A stretch of 64,000 nucleotides of DNA from Microbotryum violaceum (GCA_001244265.2 CDLV01000010.1:496001-560000), one strand, 5' to 3'; numbered from the stretch's first letter, positions 1-12,853 are shown. The notes: generated by a model from the letters alone, not told the origin. Numbers and translations: made by a program.

Positions 1-695
1 TATATCTCACCAAGGCCTGCCCCTCGGGGGAAACGGTCGGCCCATGCAGCGAATGGATCGACACAATCTTGACGTCGCTCGGTAGATGCTTGTCAAACGC
101 GGCTCGTTCTGGCGCCTTGACCGAGGTCTGTCCTGCAACAATGGCTCCCATCTTGGTTGCTAGAGGGAGTACGTTCCACGGTGAGCTCCTTTTCAGAAGC
201 AAAAGATGCAGGTCCTGTCAACTAAGAAAAGACTAACATGGACCGTACTGTTTGACGACGGCATCGAGGTATTCGGCTTCGACGGAGTAGACGATGAAAT
301 CACTCGATCTCGAGACGTGATGACCATCGACCATGGGGACCAAGCCTGGCTTGCCTGAGGGAGGGTCGTGTGAAAGTGTCAGTCAGGTAGGGTGGAGTGG
401 GGGCGAAGAGCACCTTGGGCCGACTCGGGGTTCGCGTAAGCGGGCGGATTTCGATACCTTTGCAGTACTCGACCAGTTGATCATACTTGGAAGGCAAGTC
501 ACAGACATGTATTCTGCGTCCGTCAAGCACCCTGAGTATCAGCTCCGAGCTCTCGGGAGGAGCGGGGAAGGGGAACGAAATGGTGACTTACGTGCTGCCG
601 CCCGCTTTGGACAATGCCTCGGCGTACATCTTGCCCATCTCACCCATACCGATCAGTCCGATGATCGGTCGGCTGGACTGGGCGTTGGCGGCCAT
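1..695 (-). CDS. TYR1: Prephenate dehydrogenase, 5' part (spliced, truncated at window start)
   Basis: Exons translate to MAANAQSSRPIIGLIGMGEMGKMYAEAL (Rossmann GxGxxG), RIHVCDLPSKY, GHHVSRSSDFIVYSVEAEYLDAVVKQYGP and AIVAGQTSVKAPERAAF...SIHSLHGP. ATG at 695-693. Confidence 0.9.
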
Positions 696-1070
696 AATGT
701 TCGAAGTATGTTTTGTGATGCCAAGTCGGTGAATGGGCTTTTGATTCGCGCGATTCGGCTGCTCGGACGGGCTTTGAAGAGTTCAGATGGGGAGCAGCTT
801 AGGGTCTGGGGAGAGATGATCGTTGAACGTGGTGAACCAAGTCACGGGGGGGGAAGGCGAAAATGCTGTGCGCTATCCTGGCTGGAGTGATGTGGGGGAG
901 GGGAAGACTCAATTGCCCCGGGCACGAACTGCCACAAGTCCGGTCGCCTCCGCGCGCTTCGGACCGAGAAAAGTGGAGCCCGGCCGAGATCGCAGCCGAG
1001 TCCGTCGTCGTCGTCGTCCTTCCAGGATGGCCCTTCGCCTTTTCCGAACCCCACGCACCGCATCGTAAAA

Positions 1071-1762
1071 ATGGTCGCAGGCGAGGGAAAAGAAACGCCA
1101 GAAATGGCCGCCGCTCGATTAAAGTACCCACCAGGGACGGTCCTCAACCCGGATGGAACACCCTGCAAGGTAACGTCCACCGTCGGCCGGGGCTTCGTCA
1201 TCGGCCGCCAACACCACTCTCAACCAGTAGCGTTTCAAGAGCTAACGACTTCTGCCTTGCGCAGATCTGTACTTCATCGGCTGCATGGTCCACATTTGCG
1301 GGCAGGACCAAGAAGAAGATACCCAAGACAGGAACTGCAGCAGGAGCAGGAGCAGGCGCAGCTGCCACCACTTTGGCCTCAGTAGACACGACCGAGTCGA
1401 TCGCTTCCCCGACCGATTGTCCCCCAGACGTCGAACAACTCGGTCGCCACACCTGGACTTTCCTCCACACCACCGCTTCTTACTTTCCCCCGGCTCCCTC
1501 GGCGCACCAACGTACCTCGATGCTATCTCTCCTCAATTCTCTCCCGACTTTGTACCCCTGTGGGATGTGCGCCGACGAACTGGGCAAATACATCCAACAA
1601 CACCCCCCTGAACAAGCGGTAAACGGAGGGAGGACTTCATTGGAACTTTGGCTTTGTCAGGTACACAACGAGGTCAATCAACGACTGGGGAAGACACCTT
1701 TCGATTGCGATAATGTCGGCCAGAGGTGGAGGGATGGGTGGAAGGATGGGAGGTGTGATTAG
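1071..1762 (+). CDS. ERV1: Mitochondrial FAD-linked sulfhydryl oxidase Erv1/ALR
   Basis: N-terminal PCK|IC shuttle motif across intron 1170-1264; CPPDVEQLGRHTWTFLH, YPCGMCA, WLCQVHNEVNQRLGKTPFDC, RWRDGW. Confidence 0.95.
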
Positions 1763-1849
1763 AGACGAAGCACTTGGTAGCATTAGATGGAATCAACATT
1801 GTTGTAATCGGGTATATCAAGATCCCCCTTCATTTCAAAAAATCAGAGT

Positions 1850-4042
1850 CTACTCTTCCATCGCTTTGTTCTCTCCTTCCGCACCGGTCTGCAAGTTCTT
1901 CAACCTTTCCTGCTCCAACTCCAACCTCCTCTGAATCTCGGCCCTCCCCGCCGCCCTCTTGCCCTTTCTCTTCCTAAAGGCATCCCCCTCCTCGGCATCC
2001 CCCTCCGCGTCCGCCCCCTTCTTCTGTCCCCATCCTCTTGCCACCGACTTCCACACCGAAACACTCTTCCCATTCGTATCCCCCTCCGCTTCCATGTTCT
2101 TACCCCCCGCTGCAGCCAACACCTCAAAGTTGGTATCCGGATGATGCAACAACGACAAAACGGGGTACAAACTCGACACGTCCGGTGCACGATCCTTCGT
2201 CGTCGTTGGGAGAGCGGCTTCTCGCGCGGTACGGACGAGCGCTTGGTCCCAGATCAACTCCATCCCGCCGGAGAAGGATCCTTCGGGTTGGTCGGGCACG
2301 AGTTCGTAAGAGGCTTGTTGGAGCGCACAACGTTCGGTTTCTTCTTCTGCGTCTTCTCCGTCCAGAGTCGAAGACTCGTACTTCTCCGGTCGGGTAAGGT
2401 CGATCGTGACGTGGAAGTCCGTCTTGGCTAAAGAGGAAGGATGCTCATCTTCGTTCGGTCGTCCGCAAAGGGCCAAAACGGGATGAGAGTAATCAACGAT
2501 TTGAGTCGTCCGTTGCGTCGGTTGACCGAGCAAAAGTTCAACAGGGATGTAAAGTAGGGCCGTGCAGCTGATAGTCAAAGCAGGGTACCGTTCAGTACCG
2601 AGGACACTTCCAATCGATAACCTTGAAAGTCACACTCACCCAGCGGCAGCAACGATGACCCCCGGACCAGCACGATGCGAATGCCCACCGACGAATTCAA
2701 GGTGGGTCACACCTAATCCGGTAGGGAGTTGAACTCCTCCCGTCTGAGCCGCTTCAGTCTGCTCCGTCCCTTCGACAACCTCAACCTGTTCGTCCTCGTT
2801 CACAACCAAGACGTCCTCCTCGGCCTCTCCTTGTCCTTCCTCTTGTTCGACTTGCTTCCCCTTCTTCTTCCTCCCCCCACCCTGAGCTTTGTCCTTCCTC
2901 CTCCCCGCTGGAACAGGCGTCGGCAATTCAGGTCCGACGACGATGTACTTCTCCAACAAATCCTGGATCCCGAATCTGTTCAAAAGCTTTCCGCTAGCGA
3001 GATTCCACACTTGGAGGGTCGAGTCACCTCCGCCAGAGATGATCAGCGATGTAGGGAACGCCAAAGTTGCGGGGATGTACAGAAGCGCAGTAACGAATCT
3101 GCTTCAGGCAAAGGACCCCAATCGGGAACGAATGGAATCAGCATCGGGACGGACTTGCCCACATCCCAAGCTCAAGTCCCATCGTCGGACTGACTTTTGA
3201 CTCCCCCACAAGAACTTGTCAATGATGTGTCCCTGCGGGTAACGGGAGACACGGACATGCTCGTCCCGATCGCCGGTGACGATGAGGTCGTGAGGGAGGC
3301 CGTAATCGGGTGCGGCGGGGACGTGGACGAGCGCGTTGAGCATCGACACGTGGCCTAGGATGGGTTGCGCTTTGGGACTTTTGGGGTTGGTCTTTTCCGT
3401 CGTGGTGGCGGTGGTGGCGGTGGGGTCGACGGGATGTGCGAAGAGGGGGTAGCTGATCGAGATATCGGGGGTCAGCTTTTCGTTCTAATCCCCCGTTCAC
3501 CACCGACAGCTCTGCATGAACTTGCACATAAACATCCCCAAACTTGTCGCCTACAATGATCTCCCCCTTCTCCGTGACTTGCATCGCATTGGCCCTCTTG
3601 ACCAACTCGCGCGAGCTTCGCAACTCGAGCTTCCCCTTGGGAGCCGAAGTCTCCTCCATCTTCGAGTCGGTGACTTCCTGCTCCTTTTCCTCGTCCTGAT
3701 CTTCCTCAGAGGGCACGGTCTTGGCTTGGTATTCGTACACGTTCAGCATCTTGTCCTCGCCCGTTGAGACGATGTAGCGCGTGCCGTGGCAGGCGACCAA
3801 ACGGATCAGGCCTTGGTGGTCTTGCGCAGTCGCGGTGATAGCCATACCTCTGTAAGATGCGATCGAGGAACCCGATCAGCTCGTTCGGAGTCCGAAAGCA
3901 AGAGCTCAGCTCAGAGTCGCCCGGGACTCAGCTCGTCAGACTCGGTCGACACGACGGAAAGGCGGTTCCCACTCGCGAGCACAAAGAAGTGCGCCTCCGC
4001 ATCGGAAGGGAACGCCGTCGCTTGTAAAGGATGGTGGGACAT
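1850..4042 (-). CDS. TRM82: tRNA m7G methyltransferase non-catalytic WD40 subunit (Trm82/WDR4), spliced
   Basis: RELVKRANA..IIVGDKFGDVY; ILGHVSML; IVTGDRDEHVRVSRYPQGHIIDKFLWG; LIISGGGDSTLQVW. Confidence 0.9.
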
Positions 4043-4341
4043 GGTCGGTGGCAATTCGAGTAGCTTTTTCGCCAAAAGAGAAGGAGGGGTCAAGAGGGTG
4101 TCAGGAGCAGGAGCGACATGGATGCTTTCTCGGACGGAGCGCGCCAAGGCCAGATTTCGCGGATTGCGATGGGTCCGTGCGCGGAAGTGCACGGTGATTC
4201 AAGATGAGCAATTGGCTCCGCTCGCCCGAATTTACCCGACGGAACGCAGAACTTTCTCTCCCCGGCATTCTCTTCGGTAGGTTCATTTCCGTCACTGATC
4301 ATGTTGCCAAGCCCTCCTCAGGACGCAAGCCCGCCTCCCTC

Positions 4342-5671
4342 TTACTCATCCTTGGTCAACGCCTTGTCGGTCCCCCACCCCTCTCGACTCGACTCGATCG
4401 CTTCCTTGAACCCTTGAATAACCTGCTTGGGTTCCTTGGCACCGAATAATGCCGTACCTGCAACGATGACGTTGGAGCCTGGTCGGAATGAATGCATGCA
4501 GCGGTTAGTATGGTCTGCCCTCGAACTGTCGTTCCTTGCTCATCCCGGAGCAGTTGAAAGGAGGAGACCGACCTGCTCGTGCACAGCATCCAATTGTCCC
4601 CGGCCCAACACCACCATCGACTTGGATATCCTTGTTGGGGAATCGTGTGCGCAATTCGGCGACTTTGGGTACGCACTCGGGCATGAATTTTTGTCCTCCT
4701 TTGCCTTTCGATGGCCAGCATCCACCAAGTCGGAGAATCAGCTCGCGCAGGAAAGCAGAATCAGGGCCTCGACAGCCACCTACCTGGAACGACGGTCATG
4801 ACGAGCAACATGTCGACCGAGTTGCCCAGCGCGTCCGAGATGGCCGATGAGGGCGTCGCGGGTGAGATGGCGACCGCGGCTCGCATCCCCGTCGAATGGA
4901 TCAGCTGGACCAGTTCATGTGCTTTCTCTAGAGTGAACGAAATATTTTGACGAAACGAGGAAGCCGGATCAGCCAACGTTGCTTGAGTCGGCGAGAAGAG
5001 GCGACAGGAAGAAGAATTTGACTCTTGGCGCTGACCTGGTTCAGACAAGGCCTCCAAGTGGAACGTATAACTCTTGCCGCCCGCATCAGCGACATCCTTG
5101 ACCCACTGCATGAAAATTCGATAATTTCACTCCATGATCAGCATGAGGATCTCGTCAACGAGCAGAGCGCCGAGTCCTGTTGCGGCGACGGCCCTCGGTC
5201 TCCTCCGGCGAACCCAAGTCGCGAGGTGGGGCGGCAGCGCGGACCAGAGACTTGCCCTGGCGGGATCGGCGACCATCATGTGGCAATCCATAAAGACGTT
5301 CTCGACGGTCTTGTGCACCGAAGCGAAGACGGGGGGGCCGATGGTGATGTTGGGCACAAAGTGTCTGGGTGGAGAGGTGGGGGAAGTCAGGTAGTTCAGG
5401 TTCAGTTCGGTGCGACGATGACGTTGGGTTCGACCCTCTTCCGGAGAGAAACAGTTGGACTTGCCCGTCCATGACGTCTGGGCGGGGAAAGTAGAATGAG
5501 ATGTGTGAGCTGTGAGCAGTAGGGTGAAGACTCGACATGTCACTGACCCATGTGAACCCATTGGGCGCCGCAGCTCATCATGCGCCTGATCTCGTTCGAC
5601 AGATCGCCAAAGTTGGACGCCAACACGCTCGGCGAGATGATGGCTTGCGGTGAGGACGATGAGGATGCCAT
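4342..5671 (-). CDS. RPE1: Ribulose-5-phosphate 3-epimerase, spliced
   Basis: IISPSVLASNF..WVHMDVMDGHFVPNITIG, DCHMMV, YTFHLE, LLVMTVVPGKGGQKFM, IQVDGGVGP, GSNVIVAGTALF. Confidence 0.95.
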
Positions 5672-5892
5672 TTTGAAAGTGGGCGGGTTGGTTCTGATTC
5701 AACGGTTAATAGTGAAAAAGAGTCGAGTGCGGTTGGGTGTGGAGCGCGCCTGAGCGAGCGTAGACGGCGGCGTTGCTCGAGACCGACGTCCGAAAGGAGC
5801 GTTACAAACCGTTACAAACCGGCTTATCGGAAATGTGACTTGATACTTGCCCACGCCGATTTGGCCGACTTGAAAAAGGAAACTCCTATTGG

Positions 5893-7322
5893 ATGGACAA
5901 CAACAACAACACCAACAACGCCAGCCATGCTGCTATACCACCTCTTCGCCCTGACCCTCCCGATCCTCCCGGCCAAGCCCCCGCCACCACCACCAAATCA
6001 TACTCCGCCGCGGTCGGCGCCCGCTCCGCTGCGAAGCACGGAAACGCCATCGCCAACGCCTCGACTGCCGTCGCCGCCCTTCCACTGATGCACAACATCA
6101 AGAATTGTGTCATCATCAACACCCCACCCTCAACCTCGGTCGAGCAAGTCCTCCTTGCGCTTGACAAATACTACCCTGGCCTTACCGGCGCAATGCCATG
6201 CGTCATCAAGGGTCAGCGCGGCCTCCGCTTTCCCAAGGCCGCCGATCTCGACACCTTGGTGGCCAACGGCCTCACTGTTGGCAAGACTCTGCGCAAATTC
6301 GAGAAGCTGTACAGCTCTACTAGAGGAGGTGTTGTACAATGCACCCTTACGGGCTTTTTCTCCGACCCCGAGGGCCTCTGCCTATTCGATGAGCAGATCG
6401 CTGCCTATGGCACGGTCCTCCGTCGTCGCACCCAGTACATTGGAAAGACGAAACACATCTCTGGGGTGTACGACTTTATCCTTGCCCTTAAGGATGTAGA
6501 TGTTCTGCCCCCTGCCTCACTTTCTATTGCTTGTGACGGTGTCACTGAGCGAATCCCACTGAGGATCACCGGTGGCATGCGCCACTGCGTCTTCTGCCGT
6601 TCCGCGGCTCACGTCCGTAAGGATTGCCCCGTCGCCCCGGCGTGCAAGTCCTGCGCGAGCACCTCGCACGCCACCCAGCACTGCCCGGCCCGTCATGCGT
6701 CGAGCCCCCAGGGACCCCCCACGTCACGTGCCCGCAAGCCTCCACCGTTACCACCGCCGCCCCCGCCGCCGTGTCCAAGTCGATCTCCCCGGCCTCCGCC
6801 CACGACCGCACGACCAAAAAACGTCGAGTGGATCAGGATCTGGCTGCCCAGACTGAAGATCTGTCCAACAGAGCTCAGCCCGACTCTCTGTCGAAGAATG
6901 CCCGCCCCGAGTTCTCCTTCAATTTCCTTTGCAAAACTGCCATTCCTCCTGCCCCCAGCCTGCCTCCAATCAGGGAATTGCCTACTCCCTCGTTGAAAGT
7001 TCCTCCGAGTCCCCAGCTCAGAGACCACCTCTCCCTCCCCAAGCCCTCCTCCGGCCACGCCAAAGTCGATCATAACTCGATCCAAGTCGATTGCCGCCCT
7101 CTCCAAGCCAGCCACTCGTGAAGCCCCTCCCACTGCGCCTGCCCTCGAAGCCTCCGAGCCGAGCCCGAGCCGTCTTTGCCCACGCCGTTGCCCTCAGCCG
7201 CGCCCAAAGCCCGATCTGATGACGCCGACACCGACGACGAGGTCGACGAAGAAGCCGAAGACCAAGAAGCACCTCCTAAGAACGTGGAAGACGCTATGGA
7301 CCAAGATGATGAGCACAACTAA
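5893..7322 (+). pseudogene. LINE ORF1 (gag-like nucleic-acid-binding protein), frameshifted after the zinc knuckles
   Basis: CVFCRSAAHVRKDC and CKSCASTSHATQHC; acidic tail DDEVDEEAEDQ..DDEHN* ends at TAA 7320-7322, 10 nt before the ORF2 ATG. Confidence 0.8.
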
Positions 7323-7332
7323 AATCCCAAAC

Positions 7333-10300
7333 ATGTCTTTTGTTGCTGCCAACGTGCAGTCAATCAATGAAGACCGTAAGCGTGCCTCTCTTTTCTCCAA
7401 TCTCCGCTCCCATAACGCCGACGTCTTTCTCCTGAGCGAAACTGGCCGACCTTCCCCGAAAGGGTGGCCCAGTGGACTCAGGAGTGCCAAGACTTAAAGC
7501 TCTCCGCTCTTTTCACTCCTTTCAACAACACTGCCATACTTTGGAAGAGCGACTCCGTGGTCATTACTTTTGATCCCGAGTCGCCTCCAAACACTCTTCG
7601 TGCCTCTTTCTCTTTCCCGGACCGAGTCACCGACGCCACCTTTTGTGTGGGTGATTCAAAAGTCCGGGTTGTATCAATATACGCGCCTTCCTCCGACAAG
7701 CCAGACAAAAAACGCTTCCTCTCACACCTCAGCACCGCCCTCCGACAAGTTGTACGTGACGAACCCTCGCCGCCTGCGCTCCTAGTCGGGGGGACTGGAA
7801 TTGTGTTGAGTCCCAGCCCCTCGATTCGGAGGACCAAAACGGAACCAATTATGGAGGTCAGGAGATGCGCGACCTTGCCACGGCCAACAATCTTTTCGAC
7901 GCCTATCGGCTCCATCATCCCAAAGGACGAGCCACGACGAATCGCTCAGCGCTCGGCACGTGCCGTCGCCTTGACCGCATCTATGTCTCGCCTGATTGGG
8001 TCGACCTCTTCCATGATCACAAAATTTGGGCTCCTGTCCTCAAATCGACGCACTCAATGGTGGTGACGCGGTTCCAAGTGCCGGGCGCAATCGACATCGG
8101 TCCGGGCAAATTCAAGCTGGGTTTGCACGTGATCGAGGGCGACGCGACCTGCAAGTACCTCACCTCCATTGTCCGCACCCTTTACAACAAAGCCCTCCTC
8201 CAGACGCCCAACGATCCACCAGCAGCTTGGACGTCCACCAAACACCGCCTGCTGCCCGAGCTGCAGGCTCTGGCCCGGACTTTCGCTGACCACTCGCGCT
8301 ACGGCGCGGCCCTGCGGTCCCGCCTCGACCCATCTCTGGCGGTCCCTCTTCCATCTTCATCCGCCTGCGCAAAGTGCGAGCATCCGACCTGATCCCTTCG
8401 CTCACGGTCAACGATGTTGTTCATTCCGACCCTGATTCCGACCCTGATTCGATGCTTGGAGCGGCCAGCGACTACTTCGAGCGGGTCTATGAGGACCGCC
8501 CCATCGATGACGCGGCCCTGAAGGCGATCATCGACGGCCTCGCTTCAACTCGCCTCTCCCCGCGGACTCACTCAAGCTCGAGGAAGCGTACCCGTTGGAG
8601 GAGATGACAAAGGCTCGAGCAGCGTGTAAGTCGAACTCTTCGCCAGGGCCTGACGGCATCCCGGTTGAGTTTTATCGCGCTACGTGGCCGGCCACTGGCC
8701 CAATTCTTCGAGACGTCATCAACTCGATCCCCACCGAGGCCCGTCAGCCTGGACCTCTTCCCCACAACACCACCCACATCCATCTCATCCACAAACGCGG
8801 CGAGAGGGATCAGCTTTCGAACAAACGCCCCATATCGCTCATCAATGCGGACGAGCGCATCATCTCGCAAGCCCACAACCAGCGCCTCGCTCCCTTGCTC
8901 GAGTCCCTGATCGGCCCAACCCAACGTGGCTTTATTCCGAACCGTTGGATCGGCACGAACATCGCTGAGGTCCAATGTCTCATGGACCCTGGACTTCCGG
9001 GCTCAACACCCGTGTCTGGCATGCTAGCGGTGATGGACTTTGAAAAGGCTTACGATCGTCTTTCCCACCCGTACCTTGATGCAGTCCTCTGCGCCGTTGG
9101 CCTCGGCCCCAAAGCCCGCCAATGGTACCGAGCGACCTACACCAACCAATCTGCCTCGATCTTCCTCAACGGTTGGCTCTCTGCCACTTTCGACATCCTG
9201 TCGGGCGTTCGGCAAGGTGATCCTTTGGCTCCGTCTCTCTTCGTCCTGGCGATCGAAGGTTTTGCCTGTCAGATTCGATTGAGAGTCAAGGGCATCGATA
9301 TTGCGGGCCTCCAAAACGTTCGCGAACTCCTTTTTGCCGACGACGCTTGCTGCGCACTCCACAACCTCTCGGACCTCGACCACCTCAATCGGGCGATCGA
9401 GCTTTACGAACGGGCAAGTGCCAGCAAGCTCAGCAACCCCAAATCTTTTCTCTACCCCTTGGAGCTTTTCGGGATCGGCCGGTCGCCCCAGATCTCAGGA
9501 CCTGGGGTCTCAGCGATTCGCAGTTTCGCTACCTTGGTATTCAGGTCGGGGTGGAGATCGCCGAGGATGCGGGCTGGGAAGATGTCAAGGCCTTGACCAT
9601 CGCTCGGATACGCTCGATTCCGATGTACGATCTCCCATATGCAGCCAAGTGTTCGATCATCAACATCTACTGCTACACAAAGATCTTGTACTACAGCCGA
9701 TTCCTTCCCCCCCAAGAGCGTTGTCAAGGAGATCGAGGAGGCCGCCATGCTCGCCATTCACGGTCGAGCTTCGGATGGTACTCAGCGACGTCCGAAGGTC
9801 TCCCGGTCGCGCCTCTGCACCCCTCTTGATCACGGCGGCTTCGGTTTGATTGATCTGCCTCGGCGTCTAGCAATAGATCACGCGAAGTGGGTCTTCCAGC
9901 TCCGGGCCCCGGACGGCTGCTTCACACGCCACCTCTTCGACATCCGCATCCGCCTCCAGGCACCGAACGAACCAACCCCTTTCACTTTGTCCAGACCAGC
10001 CCCCAACCAGCATCGTCGCCCTTGGATCTGGATCTAGTGGGCATACTTTTGCCATCCTCCCCCAAAGTGGGACCATGCGGAGAGAAAGACGACAAAACTT
10101 CTTCCTGCTCGTTGGGTCCGATACTTCGAAGCCTGGGCGTTGGTGACCACGCTCAATCCCCCGGAACTCTCCAAGAGCCAGAACCTCGAGCAATGGGCGA
10201 CGCACGTACTCTATTTCCCAGCGGGCCACGGAATACAACTCTCGGTAAACCGACGCTTTTTCGAGGGCCCGATGGCGAGGTGATAACCCGTCTTCGTTTG

Positions 10301-10846
10301 TGAACGCGTCCAAACGCCACCAAGTCTTCATCTTCCCCCTATCTTCCCCAAGGGACACCAGAAGGTATTCGATCTGCCTGAGCAACGCTGGAACGCTTGG
10401 TGGAAGGCTTTGCGCAAGGTTCGCCGGGTTCGCTCGGACGCCGAGGATACCAGCCACCTTCTCTCCCTGGGGTCCCTCCATCCGGGAAGCCAAGTCGCCT
10501 CCCCAACCAGCCCACATCCCAACAATCGATCTACCTCCTGTGTGATGTGCCTCTCGGAAGCACCCGAGTGCCTGGTTCACCTCGCGGTCGGCTGCCCATT
10601 TGCCCGGCGCCTCTGGTCTGCTCTGTCCCCGACCCCCACCCAGTCTTTGTGGACTTTGTATGCCCGGTCGTGTCTCGCTCGGAACGTCGACTTGTCGAAC
10701 TACGAGTCCTCTTCTTTCACTCGATCTGGAAGCTCTGTCGCCGTCGTCGATTCTCGTCGGATCTTTTGGAACCGATCACCGAAACGGAGTTCGAGGGGCT
10801 TCGAGCCTCTATTCAGGAGTCCAAGGGTCGCCTAGTGTCTCTGTAA
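7333..10846 (+). pseudogene. LINE ORF2 (AP endonuclease, reverse transcriptase, C-terminal zinc finger), interrupted
   Basis: AANVQS..LLSETG, SIYAP, RRLDRIYVS (APE); SSPGPDGIPVEFY, RPISLINAD, DFEKAYDR, GVRQGDPLAP, LFADD, FRYLGI (RT); CVMC..HLAVGC. Several frameshifts and an in-frame TAG at 10035-10037. Confidence 0.9.
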
Positions 10847-11213
10847 GACACCAAAGGGGGTTTTAGTGGGTATGGTTGATCCTGGTTCAGGGTCAATGAG
10901 TCCTACAGTACTGGCTTCTGCCAGTGTGCGTAACAGCATTCCCTCCGACTTTTCCGAAGATTTCTAGGTATTAATATAATTATGCTGTTAATGAAGTCTA
11001 TCAAATGAATAAATAAACACGCCGACGCCGACGCGCTCGTCCTTTAAGCTTCGCTACTCCTCCGCTCCAGTTCGGTCTCGCTGCCGACGAGTGCCGACGC
11101 GCGTCGACCTCGAGTGAAATTGAACATCTCCCTCCCCCTTATGACGCGCTCAGCTTCCGCTTCCGCTTCCGCTTCCCCCAGCCTTTTTCAACACCTCATT
11201 CACAAAACAAGCC

Positions 11214-12249
11214 ATGGTCAGCATACCTTTCAAGTACGCTTCCCCTCCTCTGCACACCTGACCTGACTCCCCCCTGTCGACAACCTCACAGTCGCACGAT
11301 GCAGAAGCCAAGGAAGCGTTCGCCCTGTTCGACAAACGAGGCGCGGGCTCAATCCCTGCCTCCTCCCTTGGCGACGTCCTCCGCGCCCTGGGACAGAATC
11401 CGACCCAGAAGCACGTGACTGAACTCGCTGCTCAGGCTGGGAACAAAGACAGTCAGTCTGCCGGCCTTGCGGCTAGCCCCTTTGCGCGACTGGACAGCCC
11501 TCGTCTCGTGCCCGGCGGCGACTGACTCAACCAACCTCCCTCGCGCGCTTACGCTTACCCCGATCGCTCCGTCGGTGTACATCCCTCAGTCGACTATCAA
11601 ACGTTCGTCAACATTCTCAACCGACCGGGAGGATACGATCCCGCCGGAACAGAAGGTGAATAGCCGGTCCACACCCCGCATTGATACCCCCAGGAGCAAA
11701 CAACCCGACGACCCGTGCACGTTTCTCCTCCTCCTCCTCGTCTCTGGAGTCGGGCCCAAGGTACCCCTTGCATCCGGAACAACCCCGAGTACAGTCTGGA
11801 TGGACCTCTCTATCTCGGAAGACTGACCCATCCGTCGTAACACCACTCCCCACCCCCCTTCCCCGGCTCAATCAGACGAATTCATCCGTGGTTTCGCTGT
11901 CTTCGACAAGGACGGCACAGGGTACATCGGCCAGGGCGAACTCAAGTACGTGCTCACCTCGTTGGGGGAGAAGTTGTCTGACGACGAGGTCGACGAGTTG
12001 TTGAGTGGGGTGCCTGTGACGAGGTTAGTGCTTTCGGAGCGGAGAGATCATCCGGCAGATCGGCGTGGGATAGAGGAAATGCTCATTTATTTTACCATGT
12101 ACGATGTTACACGTAGCGAGGGAACGATCAACTATGTTCAGTTCGTTCGACAAATCTTGGCCCAGGTATGTCAGCAGCCTTGAAGCTCCAGCACCTTGGG
12201 CCGACAAAAACTTATAACTGAACCCCTAACCCTCTCTCGCCGGCAGTAA
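11214..12249 (+). CDS. EF-hand myosin light chain (Mlc1/Cdc4-like), spliced
   Basis: [89 protein letters not shown]. Confidence 0.9.
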
Positions 12250-12853
12250 ACACCTTCTATCGCCCGTCTTCTCGCTCGCTCCATCCCGCATTCATCCCCC
12301 TCCTTTCGGGCATTCTATTCGTTCCCGTCCGTTGAAACCCCTACATGTTTGAGCATCATCGCCTATTCGGTCAAGGTCCGCGGCAACGTAGGTCACTTTC
12401 ATAACCTTCCCCTTATTCGCTTCTTCCCTTTGTGAACTTTCGCTTTTAGCTTTCAATTTTCTTCGTTCGTTCGGAATGAGATATTCTTCACTTGTGCATA
12501 CAATTTGGGAACCATCTCGATGATGTCTCGGATATTTCCAGTATCTGGTCACGAACTGCTTGGTATTTTGGTGAGGATCCAGGATAACAGATCCCGCACC
12601 GATGAAAGCTTCGTGGGGCTTGAGGGATGAAGATTGAGCGATAGTGGCATTACAACAATAGGGGCAGACGACGACGACTCTAACGGAAGAAACGCAGATT
12701 AGGACCGAAGCGCAGAGGAAACGAGCGAAAGAAAGGGTGAATTGAACCGTGGAATACAGGTACGGACGACGAAGTGAGAGGCGGAACGAGTGAGTGAGTG
12801 ATGGAGGCGAGCTAATTGTTCAGCCAGCGATGGAGGGCGAATGAGGTGCGAGA

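Larger units (their letters stand above)
5860..11017 (+). mobile_element. Full-length non-LTR retrotransposon, L1 clade, with reading-frame lesions
   Basis: ORF1 with two CCHC knuckles; ORF2 APE-RT-zinc finger; AT-rich 3' UTR ending AATGAATAAATAAA; flanked by CACGCCGA at 5852-5859 and 11018-11025. Confidence 0.92.

Noticed and set aside
11214..12249. Calmodulin
   Set aside because: EF-hand loops are degenerate and the sequence fits Mlc1/Cdc4-type light chains.
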